In this document: piece by piece, positions 1-12,799 of the stretch
Layout of the letters: each line of letters starts with the position of its first letter
Position numbering within the stretch: position 1 is the first letter of the stretch
Assembly: GCF_006345805.1 (NCBI RefSeq)
Contig: NC_042998.1
Coordinates: 198,276,001-198,340,000, forward strand
From: Octopus sinensis
Lineage: Eukaryota
DNA length: 64,000 nucleotides
Reading direction: 5' to 3'
Translations under genes and position numbers: made by a program
Notes under the pieces: model-generated
Database searches by the model: none
Seen by the model: the letters and a program-made list of their open reading frames with translations, nothing else
Told to the model about the DNA's origin: nothing

Positions 1-188
1 GAGGATGTTCCTTCATATAATGTTATAATATGCTATCTTTCTTGACATTCTGATTTTATATTTTGTTTGTTGAGGGTGTTATTAAAATCAATATCCTTTG
101 TACAGTAGAAAACCTACAAACCATAATTTAAATATTTCGCAAGACATACCATAGAAGGAATCTTGTTTGAAGTAATATATATATACAA

Positions 189-783
189 CTAGCATTATCG
201 CCCGGCGTTGCTCGGGTTTGTAAGGGAAATAACTATATAAGCATTTTTAGAGAGTTATAGCCAAAAAATAGCAAAAACATGCATTAAAAATGGAAAAAAA
301 ATGATGGTAATTTTTTTTTAAATCGTTGACTCATCGTAGACATTTTTAGAGAGTTACTTCCCTTATATAATAGCGAAAAAATGCATTAAAATGGAAAAAA
401 AATGATGGTAATTTTTTTTTAAATCGTTGACTCATCGTAGACATTTTTAGAGAGTTACTTCCCTTATATAATAGCGAAAAAATGCATTAAAATGGAAAAA
501 AAATGATGGTAATTTTTTTTTAAATCGTTGACTCATCGTAGACATTTTTAGAGAGTTACTTCCCTTATATAATAGCGAAAAAATGCATTAAAATGGAAAA
601 AATTATGGTAATTTTTTTTAATCGTAGACTCATCGTAGACGTGCGCTAATACCCAGAAGGGCTCGATATGAATCACGACTATAAGACACCCGGTTTTGGT
701 TAAACTGCACCGCAAAATGTGGGAGTAGTTAGGAATCTAAATCGTAGGAGACAGACACATAACTTCTCTTTTATATATAAAGA
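189..783 (-). mobile_element. Non-autonomous Helitron, family 1, with ~101-bp internal tandem repeat
   Basis: 5' TCTTTATATATAAAAG; 3' hairpin CCCGAGCAACGCCGGG then CTAG; inserted between A and T. Confidence 0.8.
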
Positions 784-2395
784 TATCGTATGTGAAATTC
801 TACCGCAATTAATGTTGTTATTATTATTTATCTCTGGGCTTAGATCTAAGATAAAAGATGTTCCAACCATGACTATCCCATTTGTAGTTTTAAGACTACA
901 TTGTTTAAGAGTTTTTTTCTTTTTTCATTTTTTTTCATTGTTAAAATAGTAAGATGTCATTTAAAGGAAGTTTCACTGCTCTTTCTAGCAAAATGATCAC
1001 ACTGAGGTTGCCTCACTATTTCTGCCTTCAGCCTTGATCAAACACATCTATAATCAAAAGCCTTCCAGTCATGACCAATTCATCTTTTGCATATCTAAGA
1101 CTACATTATGAGTCTATTCTTTTCTAAGATGATTGAATTGGATTTAAGAGGAATTTGGTTGCTATTTCTAGAAGATTTATTGTGTCGAGCAATGTTTTTC
1201 TTAATCTCTTTCTTTCACGCCCGATTTTGAATTTTCAACATCAAAAATCAAATGGAAATTGTATTTGTGATACCTGTGCCGGTGGCACATAAAATGCACC
1301 ATCCGTACTTGGCCGATGCCAGCGCCGCCTTGACTGGCGTCCGTGCCAGTGGCACATAAAAAGCACCAGCCGATTGTGGCCATTGCCAGCCTCCCCTGGC
1401 ACCTGTGCTGGTGGCACGTAAAAAGCACCCACTACACTCAAACAGTGGTTGGCGTTAGGAAGGGTATCCAGCTGTAGAAACTCTGCCAGATCAGACTGGA
1501 GCCTGGTGTAACCTCCTGGCTTCCCAGACACCAATCGAACCATCCAACCTGTGCTAGCATGGAAAACAGACGTTAAACGATGATGATGTTTGTGTGTGTG
1601 TGTGTCGGGAGTGGGATGTCCCTAAACAGATAAAGTCAATATATGGCTAACTTATGCCCTATTCAGAAGTAACCCATGTTGCACCAAAATATAACAATGC
1701 TTCATATTGAGAAATACTGGTGGAGAGGTTTTCTCATTTGGTCAAATAAAAGATGTGTTTATTTATCGGAACAAAGCTATGTCTAATTGTTGCTGGACAT
1801 GGAATATAATAATGATAACGATACCATGAGTAGTAACGGATGAACAAGGACCATAAACCACATGATATATCTCACTTGAGAGCAAACTCATTGCAGTCTC
1901 CTTCCTCTGTCACTGTCTGCTTCTCTCTTTCTATCTCTCTCTCTCTTTCTCTCTCTCCCTCTCTTTCTCTCTCTGAAAGTTGGGGCACTATTTGGATTAT
2001 AAGGACAATATATTTCATTTTTTTTTTTTGGATGTTAGCATATGGATATGAAAATAAACAGATCAACATACAGACGGATAGGTACATTGGCTATAAGAAC
2101 AGACAAGCACACATACACAAATGGAGACTGACACACATAACCATATATACACACACACTTTACTCCACACAAGGACACATATGGAGACACGGATCCACAC
2201 ATATAGAGATGCACATCCATCCATACATACAAACATGGTACATAGTTGCACAACACATGCACACACAGACATGCACACACAAGGAGACAGAGGTGCATAC
2301 ATATACAAACACATGCTCACACACATATATACATACATACATACATACACATGCATACTTACATACACACATACATACATACATACATGCATAGG

Positions 2396-2426
<31 letters not shown>

Positions 2427-3744
2427 ACCCACACACATGCGCACAAACAAACAAAATGGAATGCAGTATAAATAACGGACAGTCAAAACTATTGAAAGGG
2501 TTTCAAGATGCACCAAAAATTTTAGGAACATAAAAATAAGAAAAAAGTGGGAATTTTACCAGTGAGTGTGTTACATTATAAGGCACAAAAAGAAAATGAC
2601 TCTCCCCAGACACAACAAAATATGCTTCAACACACGAACTCATATAAAGAATCTTGCAACCCAAATCCAAAAATGAAATATTTCATTGAATAAAATAACA
2701 AAGATGAAATTCCCTGAAATGATGATTGGAGACAAAAACAGTTTGAGTTACTAACAGCAGCTGATTTATTATATAATGCAGTGGTATAACAATACCTGAG
2801 ATACTAACAGTGGAATTAATACAGTACAGTAGTACTATAGTATATGAGGCATAACAGCACTAAGAGTACCTATTTCTTTATTACCCACAAGGGACTAAAC
2901 ACAGAGGGGACAAACAAGGACAGACATAGGTATTAAGACGATAATATCGACCCCAGTGCGTAACTGGTACTTAATTTATCGACCCCGAAAGGATGAAAGG
3001 CAAAGTCGACCTCGGCGGAATTTGAACTCAGAACATAATGGCAGCCGAAATATGCTTAAATAGTTTTTCTCTTTACTCCAGATTACTTGTGGTGAAGTGG
3101 AGGCTTCTATTCATCCCGGAAACATGAATGAATGTACATAACAAACCTTTTGTAACTAAATAAATTTATTTTTCTACAAATGCACGTAAAAGCACTCACT
3201 ACACTCTCGGAGTGGTTGGCGCTAGGAAGGGCATCCAGCTGTAGAAACTCTGCCAGATCAGACTGGAGCCTGGTGCAGCCATCTGGTTCGCCAGACCTCA
3301 GTCAAATCGTCCAACCCATGCTAGCTCAGAAAGTGGACGTTAAATGATGATGATGATGATAGTGTCTGAGGCAATATCGTGTGAATTAATATAGTAGAAT
3401 GGTCCTAAAATACCTGAGGCAACTACAATTAATTAATATAGTACAGTGGTACTATGCTACTCAAAGCACTTCAGATACTATAGTATGGTAGTACTATAGT
3501 GCCTGAAGCAATAACAGTTGAATTAGTATAGTACAGGCGTGGCTGTGAGAAAAGGTGCAATCACAGGTGTGTGGTTAAGAAGTTCACAAGTGGTTGGGAG
3601 TTTGGTCCCACTGTGGGAATGTTGTTGGCTGACATTCTATACTGTAGCTTTGGGTCAGCCAATAATACTTTGAGAATGAAATAAGAGGAAACTAAAGACA
3701 CACACACACACATATGCAAACATGTGCACACATAAACACATACA

Positions 3745-3880
3745 CACATGCACATCTATCTATCTATCTATCTATCTATCTCTCTACTTATCTATCTATC
3801 TATCTATCTATCTGTTTATATATGTATGTATGTGTGTGTAAAGAGAGAGAGAGAGAGAAAGAGAGAGACAGATAGATAGC

Positions 3881-3920
<40 letters not shown>

Positions 3921-3949
3921 TAGATAGATGGATAGACAGATGGATAGAC

Positions 3950-4011
<62 letters not shown>

Positions 4012-4014
4012 GTG

Positions 4015-4065
<51 letters not shown>

Positions 4066-4077
4066 GATAGATAGATA
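3745..4077. repeat. (TATC)/(GACA)/(GATA)n microsatellite; others at 19365-19540, 43738-43861, 44356-44522
   Basis: Direct reading. Confidence 0.95.
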
Positions 4078-5891
4078 TAAATTTGGCTATTAGTGACAGC
4101 TGCAGTATTTGCAGCAAATAATTAGCCTATCCAACTGAAATTGAATGTGTTGTCTAGATTGCCTTTAAACTGCTTATTAATGTCCAGAGACACCATCTCA
4201 TGTTAACGACGCATGCTCATTAAGCACTGACTGTATCAGCTGATGAAATGATTGTCTGCGCTGGTGATAGCACTACTACATCATGGGATTTCACAGTTGC
4301 TGCAGATCATCAGTGGGCAGCCCAGCCTTGCATCGAATGCCAGAACAAAAACCAGTCAAATCAATATATAGTAGAGTAATGGCCAAAGAGCAAGTGATGT
4401 CGCAAAAAGCTGCTGGGGTATGAATAAATTAGCTATCATAAACAGCAGCAGTATTTGCAATCATCATCATCATCATCATCGTTTAACGTCCGCTTTCTAT
4501 GCTAGCATGGGTTGGATGATTTTGACTGAGGGCTCGTGAACCAGATGGCTGCACCAGGCTCCAATCTTGATTTGGCAGAGTTTCTACAGCTGGATGCCCT
4601 TCCTAATGTCAACCACTCCGAGAGTGTAGCGGGTGCTTTTTACGTGCCACCAGCATGGAGGCCAGTCAGGCAGTACTGGCAACGACCTCGCTTGACCAAG
4701 TAACTTGCAGGACAAGACCCCCTCAACTGGGACAGAAAAAGATGCCTTGCATTAGAGAAGAAACAGGGCTACCTCAGGTGAAGAGAGAAGGGAGAGAGAG
4801 AAGTTGGTGAAGATGTGATGCAGAGGGGACAGGGGCCAATAAAAATGAAAAGATGGAGAATAATGAAGTCTTAAATATATTAGGTCTGAAGGCGGCGAGC
4901 TGGCAGAAACGATAGCACGCTGGGCGAAATGCTTAGCAGTATTCTGTCTGCCGCTACGTTCTGAGTTCAAATTCCTCCGAGGACGACTTTGCCTTTCATC
5001 CTTTCAGGGTCGATAAATTAAGTACCAGTTACGCACTGGGGTCTATGTAATCGACTTAATCTGTTTGTCTGTCCTTGTTTGTCCCCTCTGTGTTTAGCCC
5101 CTTGTGGGTAGTAAAGAAATAGGTATTTCGTCTGCAGTTACGTTCTGAGTTCAAATTCCGCCGAGGTTGACTTTGCCTTTCATCCTTTCGGGGTCGATTA
5201 AATAAGTACCAGTTACGCACTGGGGTCGATGTAATCGACTTAATCCCTTTGTCTGTCCTTGTTTGTCCTCTCTGTGTTTAGCCCCTTGTGGGTAGTAAAG
5301 AAATTTATATTAGGTCTGAATAAATGACAGGATGATCACAGCTGAAATGTTTTTTAGTGTAAGCCTGTTGAATCAGGACCTACCTGGGATTAAACAGCAG
5401 CAATGACAACAATTAAGGATTATAAACCAATGAAAGGAGCCATAGTGCCTGGAGCTAGATATAGTGCTGTAGTACTATAGGGTGGACTCTACAAACTGAG
5501 TTTAAAGCAAATGAACTTGCATTCATCATCATCATTATCATCATCATCATCATCATCGTTTAATGTCTGCTTTCCATGCTAGCATGGGTTGGACGAATGA
5601 CTGAGGGCTGGCGAACCAGATGGCTGCACCAGGCTTCAATCTTGATCTGGCAGAGTTTCTACAGCTGGATGCCCTTCCTAACGCCAACCACTGCTTGGTC
5701 TGAGAATCGAAACCACAATCTTGCAGTCATGCGAGCATTCTCACTACCATTCTACACACTTTCACAGAATTACTATAGTGTTTGGTATAACAGCAGCTAA
5801 ATTAGTAGAGTATAATGATTCAGGAAGACTAGTAAGTCAGTTAAGATCAACTAAATTCCTATCTCAAATAAGACTTTGCAAAAACAGTCAT

Positions 5892-6000
5892 TTAAAAAAC
5901 AAAAATTATTGAAAAGTAATTTAGATTTTCTTCAGCTGTGCCAAACTTTGCTTTAGATTGATAACAATCAGAGATAATGTGTCCATTCTCATGACAAAGA
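5892..6000 (-). CDS. Candidate terminal exon encoding the second half of a CCHC zinc knuckle (xLCHENGHIISDC...)
   Basis: Acceptor ttttctattttgttttcag| then C-x4-H-x4-C spacing. The first Cys would have to come from an upstream exon that I could not find. Confidence 0.25.
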
Positions 6001-6760
6001 CTGAAAACAAAATAGAAAAACTTTTTAGCCAGTTCCTTTAGTTCATTACGAATTCCCTTTGTTAATGTTTGCAATCAATATTCTACTGGTAAAGAGATCA
6101 ATATTTCTTAAGGCTGGTATTAGATTGAATTCAAGTTTGAAATATCTCAGCTGACATTGTAAAATAGATAAGTTTTAAATGGAGATAGATAATCACTCTA
6201 ATTCTAAATCTAAACTTTTAATTGCTAATTGCTAATTATTTCTTCAATGGTTTTACATTTCTGTATAATAACAGTCAATATAAATGGTGGTTGGTTGGTT
6301 GGTTGGTTGATATTTTCAGTCACACTTTATATTGGATGGTGAGAATGGGAAAGAGAAGAAATGAGAGATAGAGAAAGAGATAACATACAAGATGCAGGAT
6401 GAGTGCACATATGTGGATTGGTGGCAGGCAATGATAACTTTCAGAAAAATACACATTTTTAATGAAACTTTGCAGACGTATTTTTTCAGAGGTGTAGATT
6501 GCTAGTATATTGATAAAATTTAGAAAAATAAAAATACAAATTTATTGCAAGTATGCAAATGAATAATTTGTTTTATTTAATTATATCTTAAGCTACAAAT
6601 TTTGAAAATTAGTATTCTATTCATCATTTTGTATAAGCACCACGAAATTTCATAAAGTTAAATTATAACAATTGTATGAATGTCATATTTTTTTGATATT
6701 ACTCATGGTGGTGAAAACATACTTCCAAAGTTACACATTATATGATGGATAACACTCTAA

Positions 6761-7275
6761 TCTATATATATAAAACTGTAGTTGTGTGAGTGTCTGTCCC
6801 CTTCGATTTAGATTCCTAACTACTCCCACATTTTGCGGTGCAATTTAACCAAATTCGGGTATCTTATAGTCGTGATTCATATCGAGCCCGTCTGGCTATT
6901 AGCGCGCGTCAACGATGAGTCTACGATTTTAAAAATAATTTAACATCATTTTTTATTCCATTTTAATGCATAATTTTTCGTGTGTCGATGGCGGCGGAGT
7001 TGGCGTCCATGGTCACACCTGCACCTGTTTGCTTCTCCCCCTTCTTCCCTCCCTCGTGAAGCTGTGGGGAAGGGAGTGTGTAAGGAAATCAACGTCGTAA
7101 AGCGTTGTCAAGGAGACCAGCGTTCTTTTAGAACAACGACTTCATGGCTTGAAGACACCAAAACAGAAATGGCTAAGAAAGCCCGAATTGGCATCTATAA
7201 GGGAAGTAACTCTCTAAAAATGCTTATATAGTTATTTCCCTTACAAACCCGAGCAACGCCGGGCGATACTGCTAG
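6761..7275 (+). mobile_element. Non-autonomous Helitron, family 1 termini, different internal cassette
   Basis: a|TCTATATATATAAAA ... CCCGAGCAACGCCGGGCGATACTGCTAG|t. Confidence 0.8.
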
Positions 7276-9574
7276 TTTGTTATATAATAGGTATCAACAG
7301 TCTCTTGGCTGTTACTGTTGTTGTTTCCCCTCAGGTCAGTCCTAATCTACAGACTATGATCAAAGATGTTTCAGAGTCAAACATTTCATCCTTTTTTTGC
7401 TGTGTATATCATCATCATCATCATCATCATTTAACGTCCGCTTTCCATGCTGGCATGGGTTGGACGGTTCAACTGGAGTCTGGGAAGCCAGAAGGCTGCA
7501 CCAGGCCCAGTCTGATCTGGCAGTGTTTCTACAGCTGGATGCCCTTCCTAACGCCAACCACTCCGCGAGTGTAGTGGGTGCTTTTTACGTGCCACCGGCA
7601 CAGGTGCCAGACAGGGCTGGCAGACGGCCACGATCGGATGGTGCTTTTTACGCGCCACTGGCACGGGGACCAGACGAAGCTGGCAACGGCCACAGTCGGA
7701 TGGTGCTTTTTACGTGCCACCGACACGGAGGCCAGTCGGGCAGCACTGGCTACGGCCACGTTCGGATGGTTCTCTTACGTGCCACCGGCACTGGTATCAC
7801 AGCTACAAATTCCATTGATGTTGATAGATTACGATTTTGATTTTGATCTTCACTTGCCTCAACAGGTCTTCGGATATATTATCTCGTGAATCCTTCCCTT
7901 TTGAAGAAGGTAGTATATGATTTTAGGGAGATTTGGTTACCATTTCTAGAAGGTAGATTGACCATGTAAGTCCTTTTAGTAACTTATAGTCCTTCATTAA
8001 TGGTATTGTTGTTGTTTAAGTCCTGTCAGCTATGATCCAATAGACCTATACTTAAAGACATTCCAGCCATGATCGTTCCATCTTTTATTCAAATATATTG
8101 TATCTGAAACAACATTATTCAAAGTGTTCTATATTGAAGATGTTGCAGTAGGATTTGAGAGATACTTAGCTGCTTTTTCTAGCAGGCTAAACACACCGAA
8201 CCTCCTCCCGACAAAGACATAAAACAGAAAAATCATTAAAATATTCCCTCGTCAGCTCAGAAAGCTGTTGGTTGTATGAAATGATTGAGAGTGATTCCTA
8301 TTGTTCTCTTACATTGACCCACAAGTCACTCACACAGAATCAATCTGATTGATCTGGGATACCCAACAGTAATAATAAATTAATTATAGAACACTACCAA
8401 TATGCTTTCAATTAAGCATTAGTATTTACTTAATTACCTGATTAACATGACATTATTACTAGGCGCTATTCACTAATAAGACCAAAAGCCAATCCAGCTG
8501 ATGAAAGTTTTGTAATTTGTTTTTCATAAAGTGTAACGGTTAGCATGGTTGCCTTCCAAGCAGTCGATCCAGGTAATCTGTGCCGGTGGCACGTAAAAAG
8601 CACCATCCGTTTGTGGCCATTGCCAGCCTCGCCTGGCCCCTGTGCTGGTGGCACGTAAAAAGCACCATCCGTTCGTGGCCGTTTGCCAGCTCCGTCTGGC
8701 ACCTGTGCGGGTGGCACGTAAAAAGCACCCACTACACTCACGGAGTGGTTGGCGTTAGGAAGGGCATCCAGCCGTAGAAACACTGCCAGATCAGACTGGG
8801 CCTGATGCAGCCTTCTGGCTTCACAGACCCCAGTTGAACCGTCCAACCCATGCTAGCATGGAAAGCGGACGCTAAATGATGATGCTGATGTCCAGTATAT
8901 TCTTGTACCTAATGTCAACTTCAACATTTTTATTCGGTTCAGTAAAGTCTTTTATTTTTAGCTGGATAAAGCAAATATTTTTTAAATATAACTTAGATTT
9001 CTTTAATCTCAGTTTAGATAAATATCCTTGCTAATGTTCTGCATTAACACTTCACCATTCATCATCATCATCATCATCGTTTAGTGTCCGCTTTCCATGC
9101 TGGCATGGGTTGGACGGTGCAACTGGGGTCTGGGAAGCCAGAAGGCTGCACCAGGCTCCAGTCTGATCTGGCAGTGTTTCTACAGCTGGATGCCCTTTCC
9201 TAACGCCAACCACTCCGAGAGTGTAGTAGGTGCTTTTTACGTGCCACCGGCACAGGTGCCAGACAAGGCTGGCAAACGGCCATGATCGGATGGTGCTTTT
9301 TATGTGCCACCGGCACAGAGGCCAGGCGAGGCTGGCAAACGGCCACGATCGGATGGTGCTTTTTACGTGCCACCAGCACAGAAGCCAGTCGGGGTGGTGC
9401 TAGCAGATTACTTTTTCATTAGTAATGTTTGTTTATTCACATTTGTTCCGAATTAATCATGCATTATCTTGTAGCTTTGAGATTTCAATGATGTGATTAT
9501 TTTAGAGTGACATTGTACAGTCAGTGTGAGAGGCCAGATCTGGCTGGGTTCAATATAAAAAGAAATAGAATATA

Positions 9575-10075
9575 TAATAATAATGAAATTATTGTATACA
9601 GTGCTCAGGTGCACCACAACTTGTCAAAAGTGCATATAAAGCATGTGCAGTAATGTAAAAATGTCTGGGAAGTGAACAGTGTATGAGTCAGATACATGCT
9701 TGCGTGTGTATGGAGAGGAGAGAAAATCAGGTGTAGTGTTGGCGAATCTCAGGAAGCATGGAAGTTTTGAAGGATGCAGTGCTCCGACAACTAACATCTG
9801 ATGCCGGCAGTTTGTTCCATGCTTCAGTAACTCTCAGCGTGAAAAAATGTTTCCTAAAGTCATGGGAGCTGTGCTGTTTCCTGACTTTGTAAATATGTCC
9901 ACAGGTGTTAGACAGGTGGAATTTGAAAAGGTACTCAGAGTTATTGTTTGTAAGATGGTTAATAATTTTATGGGTGTCTGCCAAGTCAGCTGCCAGACGT
10001 CGGAGTTTCAATGTAACCATGCCCAGGGAAGTAAGGCGTTCAGAATATTTAGGCTGAATACAGCCAGTTAAATTG
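9575..10075 (-). mobile_element. CR1/L2-group LINE 3' fragment
   Basis: LRRLAADLADTHKII...GHIYKVRKQHSSHDFRKHFFTLRVTEAWNKLP is a typical ORF2 C-terminus; followed by 3' UTR and (ATT)n tail. Confidence 0.8.
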
Positions 10076-10227
10076 TTAAAGAATTAAATGCTGTCTAAGC
10101 TTACGAGTATATCAGCATTTCAACATTATCGCTTCAATTCCACATTATGCCATCACTTCTACAGTATACTACCATTTCAGCTTTGTTGTAAGGATTGTAA
10201 GGATCCCAGAGCATCATGAAATGAAGT

Positions 10228-10575
10228 GTTTTAGTTAGTTAGTTAGTTAGTTAATTTTTTGGCTCAAAAGCAAAAAGCAAGGCCATGTAGGGGGACATGG
10301 AGTTAAGTACAGGGTGGTGTTCATGTAAAGAGTTCAGGCCACTTGAGGTCAAGGGAGGCTTTGAACAAAGCGGTCGTCGGCATCTTCACCATCTCGTCTG
10401 GCAGCTTGTTCCACGGATCCGCAACCCAGACGGAGAAAGCTCCTCTCCTTCAATTGAGATGAAATCGTCGCAGGTAGAGCATTTCGGAATGACCCCGCAG
10501 CCGACGCTCTGGAGCAGGAGTGAAGAACAGCTCTTTCGAGAGGTTACACTTTCCGCTTATGATGTTTTGCACAAG
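10228..10575 (-). mobile_element. Second CR1/L2-group LINE 3' fragment with (TAAC)n tail
   Basis: RRLRGHSEMLYLRRFHLN*RRGAFSVWVADPWNKLPDEMV...; tail reads gtta repeats on the plus strand at ~10230-10253. Confidence 0.75.
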
Positions 10576-12289
10576 AACACAACGAACTGCTTGGTCTGAG
10601 AATCGACCATGCCCAATTTTGATTTTCAACATCAAAAAATCAAATGGAAATTGTAGTTGTGATACCTGTGCTGGTGGCACGTAAAAAGCACCATCCATAC
10701 ATGGCCGATGCCAGAGCCGCCTTGACTGCATAGATACTATTGGCGCTTAGGAAGGGCATCCAGCTGTAGAAACACTGCCAGATCAGACTGAAGCCTGGTG
10801 CAGCCTCCTGGCTTCCCAGACCCCGGTCGAACCGTCCAACCCATGCTAGCATGGAAAACGGACGTTAAACGATGATGATGATTATGATGATAATGATGAC
10901 TACAGACAGAGCTTCCTTCAGTTGTACGAATCTGAAGAAGTCTGGTGAATAATTTATAACATCTAACAAGTTTCCTGGATAGCAACAATCAACAATTATT
11001 CTTTTAATTATACCTTCTGGGATTTAAAGATAAAAGTTCATTGATTACTAACACTAAAATTTACATATATATGTAGATTTTATCTTCACAGAACTGTAGG
11101 CTGTACTTATCAGAAGTTGGGAAAAAAAATTAATATATATTATTTCAGTCTACCATAATTACTGTACATTTGTCATAGGTACAGGTGTGATTGTGGGGTT
11201 AAGAAGCTTGCCTTTCAAGCATTTCGTTTCGGGTTCAGTCCCACTGCATGGCACCTTGAGCAAGTGTCTTCTTCTATAGCCTTGGGGAAACCAAAGCTTT
11301 GAGAGAGGATTTGAAAGAAGGAAACTGAAAGAAGCCCATTGTGTGTGTGCGTGTGTGCATGTGTCTATGTGTGTGTGTGTATGTGTCTATGTATGTGTGC
11401 ATGTGTCTATGTGTCTGTGTTTGTCCCTCCCACCCCAGCATGGCAACTGATGTTTGATGTGTTTACATCCCCTGTAACTTAGCAGTTCAGCAAAATGGGC
11501 CGACAGAACAAGTACTAGGCTTTAAAAAAAGTTAAGTACTGGGGTTAATTCATTTGACTTAAAATTCTTCAAGATGTTGCCCCAGCATGGCCACAGTCTA
11601 ATGACTGAAACAGGTAAAATATAAAAGATACATGTCTATGTATGTGTGTGTGTTTGTGTGTTGATATCATGAGAGAGCAGCAAATAAACATCTGTCCAAA
11701 AAAAAAATTTGACTCATGACCCATGCAAGCATAGAAAAATGCACTTTAAAATAATGAGAAGGAGGTGGACAAGTGTCCGAGTGAACAGAGTTGTTAGAGC
11801 ATATCATATTTATTTTATGTACATGACACACATTAATATCTACTGTACACAGATTCATTTGTTCAAACAGTTCTAGAACACGTAGAACAACCAGGACTAC
11901 AGGGTATACACATTGGTGAATACTAAAATCAGATTTTGCCAAAGTAACCACATCGTGTTTGCTTTTGTTCAATATTAAATCATATCAAAAACAGAAAATG
12001 TAACTTGAATTCATGAAGAAAAAAACCCACAATGACTGAACACTTTTCACTCATGAACTGGAAAAGTCAACAAACTATAAGAGCGCAGAAATATTAGACA
12101 GTATGATGTTATGGTTTGCTATTGTGTGAAATGATTTGCTATAGTATAACATGTGATGTGAGCATGATTTAATATTGTCATATATGTGTATACATATAAA
12201 TACTTTTATACATATATATATATACAGTTGCCATGATAGATCGTTAGCCACTGCACACATTTTTTTCTCTCCTTGTTTTTTCTGTGTCC

Positions 12290-12325
12290 CTTTCTGTAGA
12301 AGAGCGTAGGCTCGAAACGTAAAAG
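12290..12325 (+). ncRNA. Minimal hammerhead-like motif, CTGTAGA core variant
   Basis: Stem I CTTT/AAAG; CTGTAGA-A; stem II GAGC-GTAG-GCTC; GAAACGT-A. Lies within a Penelope-like terminal repeat (~12230-12425). Confidence 0.45.
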
Positions 12326-12652
12326 ACTTTTTCTATTCCTGAGCGTTATACTAATACATCGGTTTGTTTTGTACACCACCTGTCTTCGTCTTTTGTTCTT
12401 TTTTTTTGTAAACTCTCCCTATACTTTTATTCTTTTATTTGTTTCAATGATTTGACTGTGGCCATGCTGGAGCACCGCCTCAAAGGGTTTTAGTCAAACA
12501 AATTGACCCCAGGACTTATTTTTCAAATCCTGGTACTTATTCTATCGGCCCCTTTTTGCCAAACCACTAAGTTATTAGGATGTAAATACCAACACTGGTT
12601 AACAAGCGGTGATGGTAGGGACAAACACAAACACACACACATATAGATCTAT

Positions 12653-12790
<138 letters not shown>

Positions 12791-12799
12791 CATGTGGAT

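Larger units (their letters stand above)
1220..10895. mobile_element. SINE-like family A, 8 copies: ~1220-1588(+), 3182-3359(+), 4461-4695(-), 5523-5692(-), 7408-7870(-), 8572-8890(+), 9058-9402(-), 10612-10895(+)
   Basis: Shared core gttggcgttaggaagggcatccagctgtagaaac and 3' end atggaaagcggacgttaaac(gat)n; variable 5' truncation. Confidence 0.85.

Noticed and set aside
1840-2533. Long ORFs rich in HT/YI/CV/MY (also 16157-16623, 17653-18285, 36088-36723, 37720-38574, 56282-56729)
   Set aside because: They are translations of CA/TATG/GATA microsatellites with no coding signal.
4888-5303. Regularly repeated units resembling CRISPR arrays
   Set aside because: Eukaryotic SINE multimers and minisatellites with no unique spacers and no cas genes.
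7397-7889. Recurrent ORFs such as FYVPPAQV, MLAWVG, MRNWY (also 1201-1543, 8466-8846, 22030, 31275)
   Set aside because: They are open frames within SINE copies.
11667-11972. 101-aa ORF in unique DNA
   Set aside because: No recognisable motif and no convincing acceptor/donor pair; kept only as a weak exon candidate.
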